Assembly: GCA_963663275.1 (NCBI GenBank)
Contig: OY760183.1
Span: 2,880,001-2,944,000, forward strand
From: Chloroflexota bacterium
GTDB lineage: Bacteria > Chloroflexota > UBA11872 > VXOZ01
Direction of reading: 5' to 3'
Length of the DNA: 64,000 nucleotides
Shown here: piece after piece, positions 45,200 to 54,508 of the stretch
How positions within the stretch are numbered: position 1 is the first letter of the stretch
Layout of the letters: each line of letters opens with the position of its first letter
Position numbers and translations under genes: made by a program
Notes under the pieces: model-generated
The model's input: the letters and a program-made list of their open reading frames with translations, nothing else
Databases searched by the model: none
What the model was told of the DNA's origin: nothing

Positions 45200-45290
45200 T
45201 TTCCTTCCGCATCCGCCCCGTAGCGCGGGGGCTTGTCCCCACGCTCCCCTTTCCCTTCCGCATCCACCCCGTAGCGCGGGGGCTTGTCCC
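45200..45290. repeat. Two approximately 51-bp tandem units carrying REP family C
   Basis: ccttccgcatcc.ccccgtagcgcgggggcttgtcccc twice. Confidence 0.75.
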
Positions 45291-45452
45291 CAATGTTGTC
45301 GCATTAAACGCAATGAGAATGAAAACTACGCTCGTTTCTCCGGTAGCGCAGGTTTGTAACCTGCGTCCTCCGTAGGGTCAATCGATTCCGTTCTCATTTT
45401 TCTTGTTCCGGCGGGGGACAAGCCCCCGCGCTACGTTATTGCGACAGCGTTG
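45291..45452. mobile_element. 162-bp MITE with CAATG(C/T)TGTCGCATTAA-type TIRs (IS4-like) and 11-bp duplication
   Basis: GGGCTTGTCCC on both sides; second copy at 51080-51241. Confidence 0.75.
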
Positions 45453-45508
45453 GGGCTTGTCCCCCGCCTCTTCTTCCTTCGAAACATCCACGACCCTGGC
45501 CTGGACGC

Positions 45509-45937
45509 TCAGAGAGGCTGTCTCCCCGCGAAACCCGTGTCCAAATCATGCCAGAACCGAATCTCATCTTCGCCCTGCTTCCAACACAGGTAGACCACGC
45601 GGCCGTCGTGCACGGCGGGAAAGTCCACCAGCCCCTGGTCCACGTCCTTCAGCGCCACGCCCATGCCGATGATTTCCTCCACCAATGCTTCGGCCTCGCT
45701 GCGCAGGGCCTGGACCTCATTCGCCGAGGCTACGACCGCGGGCGACTCCGGCAGGGGATGGCCGTTGCTGCGCTCCAGCGCGGCGGGATACGGCTGTTCT
45801 TTGGCAAACTGCCTGAATTGCTCGAAGATCTCTTGCAGCCGGGCGACAATAGCGCCGACGCGCGGCAAGAGCGCATTGGCTTCCTGCAACGAGAAAAGCC
45901 TGATCGGAGGATCCGAAGACGTATCTTGAGACGACAT
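45509..45937 (-). CDS. DUF2203-like protein
   Basis: FSLQEANALLP; GLVDFP; LCWKQGE; WHDLDTGFAGRQPL. Confidence 0.85.
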   Translation of the reverse strand: MSSQDTSSDPPIRLFSLQEANALLPRVGAIVARLQEIFEQFRQFAKEQPYPAALERSNGHPLPESPAVVASANEVQALRSEAEALVEEIIGMGVALKDVDQGLVDFPAVHDGRVVYLCWKQGEDEIRFWHDLDTGFAGRQPL

Positions 45938-46065
45938 AGCGGCGGGATTCTTTGGAATAGCTACCGGGACGCGTACTATCGTTGCACAGCGACCCGTGAA
46001 CGTCAAGGCCAATACCCGTCCGCGCACGCCTTGTAAGCCCCACTGGCGATTGCTAGAATCCAGTC

Positions 46066-47391
46066 ATGGACAGCATCACCCTCGAAAACTTCCGCTGCTT
46101 CCGCGAGAAGCAGACCGCCCGCCTCGCGCCCCTGACGCTGCTTGTGGGTGAGAATAGCACCGGCAAGACATCGTTCTTGGCGCTTATTCGCGCGCTTTGG
46201 GACGCCGTATCCCTGCCTGGGGCGCCAGACTTTCAAAGAGTTCCGTTCAACCTCGGAGTCTTTCGGGACATCGCGCACAGTCGTGGCAGGCATGGTGAAC
46301 ATGCAGATTCTTTTGTAGCTGGATTCGATGACACTGAAGGCAACTCTCTCCAGATTACGTTCGCCGAACGCGATGCTATCCCAGTCCCAGCAGCAATAGT
46401 CCTTGCGCGAGAGGACGTACGACTTGAGGCTCATCGACAAGAAGATGAACAGTGGTGGATCCGCTTTGATTCTCCACAAACCAAATTAGAGAAAGTCGTC
46501 AACGACAAGCCGTTTCCGTGGGAAGACAGTGATCAATTGCCTCTTTCGGTCTTGGTCAGTTCCTGGATTTACGAGCTTACACCACTCGAGACGCTATTAG
46601 ACGTGAGAGTCAGGGAAAGTCGCACTCCACGCGAAGAAGACATCTTCAAAGGACTAATCAAGGCGGAGAAGGACATCTTCGCGCTTGATGGACAAGCACC
46701 GGGACCGCCATTTGCAAGCGCTCCCATTCGCTCGCAGCCGCGCCGCACCTACGATCCCACACGCCCCGCGCGTGACCCAGAAGGCGAAAACGTGCCTACC
46801 TACCTTGCGAATCTCTCTTATCGTGACAAGGAGGAGTGGGCGCGGCTCAAGCAAGATCTCGAGGAATTTGGCCGCGATTCAGGCTTGTTTGACGAGATCC
46901 ACATCAAGTTGCTCGGCGACACCGGGGGATCGCCTTTTCAGGTGCAGATTCGAAAGTTTGGCCGACGGTTGAAAGGACCTAAGCGAAACTTCATAGACGT
47001 TGGCTACGGTGTCAGTCAGGCGCTGCCGCTCTTGACAGAACTCCTGCGCAAGGATGCGCCGCAGATGTTCCTGCTCCAGCAGCCGGAGGTGCACCTGCAT
47101 CCCAGCGCCCAGGCCGCGCTTGGCAGTCTCTTCTGCAACATCGCCGGGCCGGAGCGCCAACTCATCGTCGAGACTCACAGCGACTACATTCTCGACCGCG
47201 TGCGCATGGACGTTCGCGACAAGAGATCCTATCTCAAGCCGGAAGACGTATCCATCCTCTTCTTCGAGCCCGGCGAGCTTGACGTTACCATTCACTCACT
47301 GCGTCTCGATCAAGAAGGCAACATCCTGGACGCGCCGCCGGGGTACGGGCAGTTCTTCATGGACGAGACACGACGCTCAATTGGACTCTAA
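46066..47391 (+). CDS. ABC-type (AAA_21-like) ATPase, putative defence sensor
   Basis: GENSTGKT; DVGYGVSQ; LLQQPEVHLHP; VETHS; no transmembrane segments. Confidence 0.85.
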   Translation: MDSITLENFRCFREKQTARLAPLTLLVGENSTGKTSFLALIRALWDAVSLPGAPDFQRVPFNLGVFRDIAHSRGRHGEHADSFVAGFDDTEGNSLQITFAERDAIPVPAAIVLAREDVRLEAHRQEDEQWWIRFDSPQTKLEKVVNDKPFPWEDSDQLPLSVLVSSWIYELTPLETLLDVRVRESRTPREEDIFKGLIKAEKDIFALDGQAPGPPFASAPIRSQPRRTYDPTRPARDPEGENVPTYLANLSYRDKEEWARLKQDLEEFGRDSGLFDEIHIKLLGDTGGSPFQVQIRKFGRRLKGPKRNFIDVGYGVSQALPLLTELLRKDAPQMFLLQQPEVHLHPSAQAALGSLFCNIAGPERQLIVETHSDYILDRVRMDVRDKRSYLKPEDVSILFFEPGELDVTIHSLRLDQEGNILDAPPGYGQFFMDETRRSIGL

Positions 47392-47862
47392 ATGTGTGCA
47401 ATCATCGACGCCAACGTGAGAGACCAGGTCTTTGGTGAAAGCCGGCCGGAAGCGGGACAGTATCTATTCGACTGGCTGAACATCGACAGCGACGGGGTCA
47501 AACTCGTCGTGGGAGGCAAGCTTCTGCAGGAACTCAGTGAGTCTAGAGAGTTCAATAGGTGGCTTCGCGCCGCATTGCGCTTTGGCAGGGCGAGAAGAAT
47601 CCCGGACAATGAGGTGAATGCCGCAACCAAAGAGTTGCAAGAGCAGTCTTCTTGCGCGTCCGACGACGAGCACGTGCTCGCGCTAGCAAGAGTGAGCGGT
47701 GCGCGCCTGCTCTACACCAACGACCGGGACCTTCAGAGAGACTTCAAGAATAGACAGATACTTAGCGGTGTCCAGGGGAGGGTCTATACGACGCTGCGCA
47801 CTACGAACGTTACCCGTACGCACAAGAACCTGCTTAGACGCACCAACCTCTGCGGCGCATAG
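47392..47862 (+). CDS. PIN-domain putative ribonuclease
   Basis: IIDANV...QEL...DDEHVLALA...YTNDRDL acidic tetrad. Confidence 0.75.
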   Translation: MCAIIDANVRDQVFGESRPEAGQYLFDWLNIDSDGVKLVVGGKLLQELSESREFNRWLRAALRFGRARRIPDNEVNAATKELQEQSSCASDDEHVLALARVSGARLLYTNDRDLQRDFKNRQILSGVQGRVYTTLRTTNVTRTHKNLLRRTNLCGA

Positions 47863-47935
47863 GACACATTGAGGCAACGGACGGCAGGTAGTTGTCAAGA
47901 CGTACCACCATAGCCCCTGAAGAAACCGATACCAC

Positions 47936-48748
47936 ATGAAACGCATCCAACGCAGAATCTACGAACTCCTCGAAGTCGCCCACCCGGACGACACCGCCAG
48001 CCGGGTCACCGACCTCTTCCTCTTCATCCTGATCGCCCTGAACGTCGCCGCCGTAATCGTGGAGACCGTGGAAGAAATCGCCACGCAGTTTGAGACCGCC
48101 TTCTACTACTTCGAGGTCTTTTCGGTCGCGGTGTTCACGGTGGAGTACGTCTTGCGCCTCTGGACGTGCGTCGCCGACCGCCGCTATGCCCGTCCTATCG
48201 CCGGCCGCATCCGCTTCGCCGGCTCCTGGCACGCCATCGTTGACGTGCTGGCCATCCTGCCGTTCTACCTGCCCATGTTCCTGCCCATAGACCTGCGTAT
48301 CGTCCGCGCCCTGCGTTTCTTCCGCCTCCTGCGTTTCCTCAAGCTGAGCCGCTACTCCGAATCCATGCGCATATTCGGCAAAGTGTTGCGCAGCGAGCGC
48401 GCCGAACTGATGGTGGCGCTCTTCGTAGCCGGCGTGCTGCTGGTGCTCGGCTCCAGTTTCCTCTATCTGGTTGAGCATCAGGCCCAGCCCGACAAATTCT
48501 CCAGCATCCCGGCCGCCATGTGGTGGGGCGTAGCCACGCTCACAACGGTGGGCTACGGCGACGTTGCGCCCATAACGCCGCTCGGCCGCTTTCTGGGCGC
48601 GATCGTGGCCGTGATGGGTATCGGCATGTTCGCGTTGCCGGCCGGCATCCTGGCGTCCGGCTTTGCCCGGGAAATGGGAAAGCGCCGGGACGAACCGGCA
48701 GTCTGCCCCCACTGCGGCGAGCCTATCGAAGAACACGAGACGGACTAG
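47936..48748 (+). CDS. Voltage-gated-type potassium channel
   Basis: S4-like RALRFFRLLRFLKL; selectivity filter TTVGYGD. Confidence 0.92.
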   Translation: MKRIQRRIYELLEVAHPDDTASRVTDLFLFILIALNVAAVIVETVEEIATQFETAFYYFEVFSVAVFTVEYVLRLWTCVADRRYARPIAGRIRFAGSWHAIVDVLAILPFYLPMFLPIDLRIVRALRFFRLLRFLKLSRYSESMRIFGKVLRSERAELMVALFVAGVLLVLGSSFLYLVEHQAQPDKFSSIPAAMWWGVATLTTVGYGDVAPITPLGRFLGAIVAVMGIGMFALPAGILASGFAREMGKRRDEPAVCPHCGEPIEEHETD

Positions 48749-48826
48749 GCCGGGCGCGCGCCGCGCAGTTCACAGTCCCTGAAGAACGGCGCGACCGTGC
48801 CGCCGCGAACCACGAGTGCCTACCCG

Positions 48827-49369
48827 CTAACCCTCTTCCTCGTATTCGTCGCGCGCAATCAAGTATTCCCGCGCGTAGCCCAGATACGTCTCGGCGTTGC
48901 TGTAGATGCGCTCGATCTCCTGCGCGGTGACCTCCCGCAGCGCCTTGCCCGGCACGCCCAGAATCAAGGAGCGCGGCCCGAACTCCTTGCCTTCAGCCAG
49001 CACCGCGCCCGCGCCCACGATGCTCTCCGGCCCCACCGTCGCGCCGTTCAGCAGCAGAGCGCCCATGCCCACAATGCAGTGGTCGCCCACGCTCGCGCCG
49101 TGAATGACGGCCGTGTGCCCGGTCGTCACGTGCGCGCCGACCACAGACGGAAAGCCGTGGTCCGTGTGCACCACGCAATTCTCCTGGATGCTGGTATGGG
49201 AGCCAATCACAATCGGCGCAAAGTCCCCGCGCAGCACCGCCCCGTACCACACGCTGGCGTAATCGCCAAGCTCCACGTCGCCGATCACGTAGGCGTTCTC
49301 CGCGATGAAGACGTTCTTGCCCACCCGCGGCAAAACGCCTTTGTACGGTAATAGCGGCACGAGATTCAT
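48827..49369 (-). CDS. Gamma carbonic anhydrase family protein
   Basis: VIGDV; VLRGD; IQENCVVH; GH..VIHG hexapeptide repeats. Confidence 0.9.
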   Translation of the reverse strand: MNLVPLLPYKGVLPRVGKNVFIAENAYVIGDVELGDYASVWYGAVLRGDFAPIVIGSHTSIQENCVVHTDHGFPSVVGAHVTTGHTAVIHGASVGDHCIVGMGALLLNGATVGPESIVGAGAVLAEGKEFGPRSLILGVPGKALREVTAQEIERIYSNAETYLGYAREYLIARDEYEEEG

Positions 49370-49600
49370 CTCCTCTCCGGACAAGATTTCAAAGTAAAGA
49401 TTAGTGGACGTCCGGCGCCACTGGGCGCCGGTCCGCGGCGAAATCCGGCAGTTCACCGCCATCATAGCACTGATAGAGCCGGTGAGCCTGGCCCCTTTCC
49501 AAGGCCGCGTGTACGTTTGCCAATGCCTATGCTATGGTGATATGGAACGTGCATACGTCAGGCAAGGCTACGCGAGAAAAACGCAAGGAGAGCGAGAACG

Positions 49601-51049
49601 ATGGCGGTTATCACCGAACCGAAGCATTTTGGACTGCTGATCGACGGCGAATGGCTGGAACGGCGCGACGGCAAGCTGCTGGAAGTGCGCAGCCCCAACG
49701 ACGGCAACGTGTTCGCTACGCTGCCGGAAGCAACTCCGGCCGACCTGGACGCCGCTATCGAGGCCGCCCAGCGCGCCTATGATCGGCAGGAGCTTTCGGC
49801 CTACCAACGCTACGAAATCCTCTACAAGGCGTCCCAGCTTCTCACCGAGCGGGTCGAGGACATCGCCTTTCACATGAGCATGGAGGGCGGCAAGCCGATC
49901 AAGGAGGCGCGCATCGAGGTGGCCCGCGCCGCCAGCACGATTCTGGTGGCGGCGGAAGAGGCCAAGCGCATCCACGGCGAGCAGATTCCGGTGGAGGCCG
50001 CGGTGGCTTCCGAGAACCGTCTGGCGTTCACTATGCGCCAGCCGATCGGCGTGATTTGCTGCATCTCGCCGTTCAACTTTCCCGCCATTCTCGTGGCGCA
50101 CAAGATCGCGCCGGCCATTGCGGCCGGCAATACGGTGGTGCTCAAGCCCGCCAGCGCCACGCCGGTCACGGCGGCGAAGATCTGCCAGGCGTTCCTGGAC
50201 GCCGGGCTGCCGCCGGGCCACCTGAACCTGCTGGTCGGCGGCGGCGCGACCCTGGGCGAGTGGCTCATCCAGGACGAGCGTTTTGCCATGTATTCCTTCA
50301 CCGGCTCGCCGGAAGTCGGCAAGCACCTGCGCAACAGCATCGGTCTGCGCCGCGCCACCCTGGAACTGGGCGCGAACTCGCCCGTCATCGTCGACAAGAC
50401 CGCCGACGTGCCGGCCGCCGCGGAAGCGGTGGCCCAGGGCGGCTACATGAACGCCGGCCAGGTCTGCACCTCCGCCCAGCGCATTCTGGTGCACCGCGAC
50501 GTGGAGGCCGATTTCCTGGCGGCCCTGGTGCCCCACGTGGAGCGGATGCAGGTCGGGCCTTCTTACGAAGACACCACCGACGTGGGCCCCATGGTCACCC
50601 TGAGCGCCGCCGAGCGTGTGGAGGCGTGGTTCAAGGAAGCGGCCGGCGACGGCGCGAACCTGCTCTGCGGCGGCGCGCGCGCGGGCCAATTCGTCACGCC
50701 CGCCGTGCTGAGCAACGTGCGCGCCGACATGCGCATCTTCCAGGATGAACTCTTCGGCCCGGCGGTCACCGTCACCGTCTTCGACGACATCGACGAGGCA
50801 ATCGCCCTGGCCAACGACTCCCGCTACGGCCTGCAAGGCGGCATCTTCACCAACGACCTGGAAACCGCCTGGAAAGCCGCCAAGCAGGTGCGCATCGGCG
50901 CGCTGATGATCAACGACACCTCCCGCTACCGCGCCGACCAGATGCCCTTCGGCGGCGTGAAAGAGAGCGGCATGGGACGCGAAGGCCCGAAATTCGTCAT
51001 CGAGGAGATGACCGACCTGAAACTGGTGGTCTTCAACCTGCAACCGTAA
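49601..51049 (+). CDS. Aldehyde dehydrogenase
   Basis: PFNFP; FTGS; LELG; AGQVC; ELFGP; PFGGVKESG. Confidence 0.93.
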   Translation: MAVITEPKHFGLLIDGEWLERRDGKLLEVRSPNDGNVFATLPEATPADLDAAIEAAQRAYDRQELSAYQRYEILYKASQLLTERVEDIAFHMSMEGGKPIKEARIEVARAASTILVAAEEAKRIHGEQIPVEAAVASENRLAFTMRQPIGVICCISPFNFPAILVAHKIAPAIAAGNTVVLKPASATPVTAAKICQAFLDAGLPPGHLNLLVGGGATLGEWLIQDERFAMYSFTGSPEVGKHLRNSIGLRRATLELGANSPVIVDKTADVPAAAEAVAQGGYMNAGQVCTSAQRILVHRDVEADFLAALVPHVERMQVGPSYEDTTDVGPMVTLSAAERVEAWFKEAAGDGANLLCGGARAGQFVTPAVLSNVRADMRIFQDELFGPAVTVTVFDDIDEAIALANDSRYGLQGGIFTNDLETAWKAAKQVRIGALMINDTSRYRADQMPFGGVKESGMGREGPKFVIEEMTDLKLVVFNLQP

Positions 51050-51079
51050 GCAAACCACCGTAGCGCGGGGGATCGTCCC

Positions 51080-51241
51080 TAGTGCTGTCGCATTAAACGC
51101 GTTGAGAGTGAAAACTTCGTTCTTATCTCCGGTAGCGCAGGTTTGTAACCTGCGGCTTCCGTAGGGTCAATTTATTCCGTGAGCATTGTTCTTGTTCCGG
51201 CGGGGGACAAGCCCCCGCGCTACGTTAACGCGACAGCATTG
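51080..51241. mobile_element. Second copy of the 162-bp IS4-like MITE
   Basis: Collinear with 45291-45452, same length, REP family C flanks. Confidence 0.75.
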
Positions 51242-51323
51242 GGGCTTGTCCCCCGCCTCCGCATCGGCGCGACATACCATCGGGATCACACGCCCGACTG
51301 ATTTGAGAAGGGAGAATCTCCCT

Positions 51324-52751
51324 ATGCCCAAAGACCGCATGTTGAGCGTCGAGCAAGCCTTCGCCCGCATCGTCTCCCAGTTTGGCGCGCTTGAAGTGGA
51401 GACCGTACCGCTGCCGGACGCGCTCGGGCGCGTGCTCGCCGAGGACGTGGTGAGCGCGGAGGACGTGCCGGCGTTCGATAACTCGGCGATGGACGGCTAC
51501 GCCGTGCGCTTCGCCGACACCCAGGCCGCAAGTGAAAGTCAGCCCACTAAACTGAACGTGGTTGGCGACCTGGCGGCGGGCGCGGTTCCCGCAGAGCCGT
51601 TGGGGTCCGGCGAGGCCGTGCGCATCATGACCGGCGCGCCCGTGCCCCCCGGCAGCGACGCCGTCGTCCCGTTCGAGGATACCGACCGCACCGATTGGGC
51701 AAAGTTCGGCACGCCGCCCGGCGCCAGCGGCGACCCCGCCGTCGTCGGCATTCTGCTGCCGCCGGAGCATTATGACAACGTGCGTTTCCGCGGGGAAGAC
51801 ATCAAGACCGGCGAGACTGTGCTGGCGCGGGGGCAGCGGGTCCGGCCGGCGGAAGTCGGCGTGCTGGCGTCCCTGGGCAAGACGCGGGCAACAGTCTACC
51901 GGCGGCCGGTGGTGGCCGTGATTCCCACCGGCGACGAGGTCATCGAAATCGACCAGCCCCTGGGGCCGGGGCAGGTGCGCAACAGCGCGGCTCATGCGTT
52001 GGAGGCGCTGGTCGTCCGTTACGGCGGCATCCCGCGCCGGCTGCCGGTGGTGGGCGACACCGTGGCGGCAACCCGCGCGGCGCTGCTCTCCTGCCTGGAT
52101 TGCGACCTCATCGTCACCATCGGCGGCGTCTCCATGGGCGATTACGACCTGGTGCGCAACGTGCTCGGCGCGGAGGGCGAAATCGACTTCTGGCGCATCC
52201 GCATGAGACCCGGCAAACCCCTCGCCTTCGGCCACATAGAGGCAGCCCAATCTTCCCCCTCACCCCAACCCTCTCCCCCAGGAGAGGGAGCAAAACCCGC
52301 CCACTCCGACTCTTCCCCCTCTCCCTGGGGAGAGGGCCGGGGTGAGGGGGAAAACGCCGCCCAGTCGCCCACGCACCCATCGCCCAATGCCCCCCGCCGC
52401 GTGCCCGTCGTCGGCCTGCCCGGCAATCCCGTCTCCGCGTATGTCACCTTCGAAGAATTCGTCCGCCCGGCGCTGCTCGTCATGCAGGGGGACGAACGGT
52501 TGCACAAGACCACCGTCAGCGCGCGTTTCCTGGACAGCATGGAGAACCACGGGCGCCGCCAGTTCGTGCGCGTCATCGTCGAGCGCGACGACCATGGGTA
52601 CACCGCGCGGCTCACCGGCGAGCAGGGGTCGCAGTTGCTCACCTCGCTGGCCCGGGCCAACGGCCTCGCCGTCATCTCCGAGCACGTGGAGTATGTCGAG
52701 CCGGGCAGCAGCGTCACCGTGCAGATGCTCGATTGGCCCGAGGAGCGTTGA
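51324..52751 (+). CDS. moeA: Molybdopterin molybdotransferase MoeA with in-frame repeat insertion
   Basis: SAMDGYA; IMTGAP; GGVSMGDYD; PGKP; GLPGNP. Confidence 0.93.
   Translation: MPKDRMLSVEQAFARIVSQFGALEVETVPLPDALGRVLAEDVVSAEDVPAFDNSAMDGYAVRFADTQAASESQPTKLNVVGDLAAGAVPAEPLGSGEAVRIMTGAPVPPGSDAVVPFEDTDRTDWAKFGTPPGASGDPAVVGILLPPEHYDNVRFRGEDIKTGETVLARGQRVRPAEVGVLASLGKTRATVYRRPVVAVIPTGDEVIEIDQPLGPGQVRNSAAHALEALVVRYGGIPRRLPVVGDTVAATRAALLSCLDCDLIVTIGGVSMGDYDLVRNVLGAEGEIDFWRIRMRPGKPLAFGHIEAAQSSPSPQPSPPGEGAKPAHSDSSPSPWGEGRGEGENAAQSPTHPSPNAPRRVPVVGLPGNPVSAYVTFEEFVRPALLVMQGDERLHKTTVSARFLDSMENHGRRQFVRVIVERDDHGYTARLTGEQGSQLLTSLARANGLAVISEHVEYVEPGSSVTVQMLDWPEER
52253..52352. repeat. Family A palindromic doublet inside moeA
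   Basis: TTCCCCCTCACCCC...GGGGTGAGGGGGAA. Confidence 0.85.
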
Positions 52752-52865
52752 CCCGCCGCCGCGCCGTTGCCGCCCGCCCGCGCGTCTGCTACACTTGAGC
52801 CAGCGGAGCGCCGCCGGCGTAGCGCGTTCCGGCCGCATCCTTCCGCACGGCAGAGGAGGCCGCAC

Positions 52866-53027
52866 ATGCTCATCCAGTGGATGGAAACCCTCAGCGCCGC
52901 CGACACCGTGCTCCTCTTTGCTTCGCTCATCGCCATCTTCCTCATGCTCGCCATCCCCTTCACCCTCCTCTTCTCCGTCGCCATCGTCGACGAAATCCTC
53001 TCCAACCGGTTCGACAGCTTGGACTAG
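52866..53027 (+). CDS. Small membrane protein (53 aa)
   Basis: GAGGAGG RBS; single long hydrophobic stretch. Confidence 0.55.
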   Translation: MLIQWMETLSAADTVLLFASLIAIFLMLAIPFTLLFSVAIVDEILSNRFDSLD

Positions 53028-53093
53028 CGTTGCCGGCGGTGGTGGCTGATGACGTTTCTCTTTCCCTAGCGTGGCCTCATCCCCGTAGATATT

Positions 53094-54350
53094 ATGGGCA
53101 CTCCGAACTGGGCTAACCGCACCATCTTCACCGGCGATAATCTCGACATCATGCGCGGCATGAATAGCGAGACCGTTGACCTCATCTACCTTGACCCGCC
53201 TTTCAACTCCAACCGCAACTACGCCGCGCCGGTAGGTTCCAAAGCAGCAGGCGCGGCCTTCAAGGATACGTGGACCCTATCCGATCTAGACGTGGCGTGG
53301 ATGGGTCTCATAGCCGACCAAGAACCAGCTATCTACAAGCTATTGGATGCGGCTCGACTGACTCACGGCAAGGGGATGCAATCGTACCTCTGCATGATGG
53401 CAGTGAGGTTGCTGGAGATACGCCGCCTACTGAAACCTACGGGAAGTATCTACCTTCATTGCGATCCAACGGCGAGCCATTACTTGAAGTTGCTGATGGA
53501 TGCGATATTCGGACGTGACAATTTCAGAAATGAAATCATCTGGCACTTTCCCGACAATTTTCAAGGCAATGTAAAGCGGTTTGCTTCAAACTCGAACACT
53601 ATATTCTTCTATGCCGGCGATGGTTTCACGTTCAATCACGTGCGAATCCCCCTTGACAAGCCAAAGAAACGTGGAGGGCGTGTTTGGAGCAAAGAGTTGG
53701 GGCGGGTCGTACCTGAGCGTGACGCCGATGGGAAGCCAGTCTACCGAACATACACTACCAAGAAAGCGGATAATGTATGGACCATTGGTCAATCTTCGGT
53801 TACTAATCGCGGTTCTAAAGAGCGCACCGGGTATCCCACCCAGAAACCCCAAAGAATACTCGAACGCATTGTCGAAGCCAGTAGCAACGAGGGTGACATG
53901 GTACTTGACCCATTCGCGGGATGCGCTACCGCGTGCGTAGCTGCGGAACAGCTAGGTCGGCAATGGGTAGGGATCGATCTCTCGCCAAAAGCCGTAGAAC
54001 TGGTCAACCTTCGCTTGAAGGAAACGCTTGGCAGTCTATATCACTATGGCTTCGTAACTTCGCGTGAAGACATACCGCAGCGCACGGACATCGACGCGCC
54101 CATCCACTACCGCCAGAACAAGCACGTGCTATTCGGCCAGCAAGAGGGTGTCTGCAACGGCTGCAAGATGGACTTCCCGTACAAGATATTCGACGTCGAC
54201 CACGTGGTCCCAAAGTCCCGAGGCGGCTCCGACCACATCGACAACCTGCAACTGCTCTGCTCCTCGTGCAACCGCATCAAGGGCGATCGGCCAATGGAGT
54301 ACCTGATAGCACAACTGGCCCAAGTCACCGAACCCGCCGCTTACCGATGA
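53094..54350 (+). CDS. N6/N4 DNA methyltransferase (beta class) fused to a C-terminal HNH endonuclease
   Basis: DPPF precedes DPFAGCAT; YPTQKP; CNGC...DHVVPKSRGG...NLQLLCSSCNRIKG. Confidence 0.9.
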   Translation: MGTPNWANRTIFTGDNLDIMRGMNSETVDLIYLDPPFNSNRNYAAPVGSKAAGAAFKDTWTLSDLDVAWMGLIADQEPAIYKLLDAARLTHGKGMQSYLCMMAVRLLEIRRLLKPTGSIYLHCDPTASHYLKLLMDAIFGRDNFRNEIIWHFPDNFQGNVKRFASNSNTIFFYAGDGFTFNHVRIPLDKPKKRGGRVWSKELGRVVPERDADGKPVYRTYTTKKADNVWTIGQSSVTNRGSKERTGYPTQKPQRILERIVEASSNEGDMVLDPFAGCATACVAAEQLGRQWVGIDLSPKAVELVNLRLKETLGSLYHYGFVTSREDIPQRTDIDAPIHYRQNKHVLFGQQEGVCNGCKMDFPYKIFDVDHVVPKSRGGSDHIDNLQLLCSSCNRIKGDRPMEYLIAQLAQVTEPAAYR

Positions 54351-54508
54351 TCGTGTCTGCCGAGAAGGCACTTCGCGACCACTTTGTACTTACCCGGATG
54401 CTCATTGTGCCTTGATTGGACAATTTCTTCCCTAATCATAGCCATCCACGGCCCAGATTACCGCAAAGGGCCACTAACGGTTAGAGTAGCAGTATTGAGT
54501 CTCATAAC

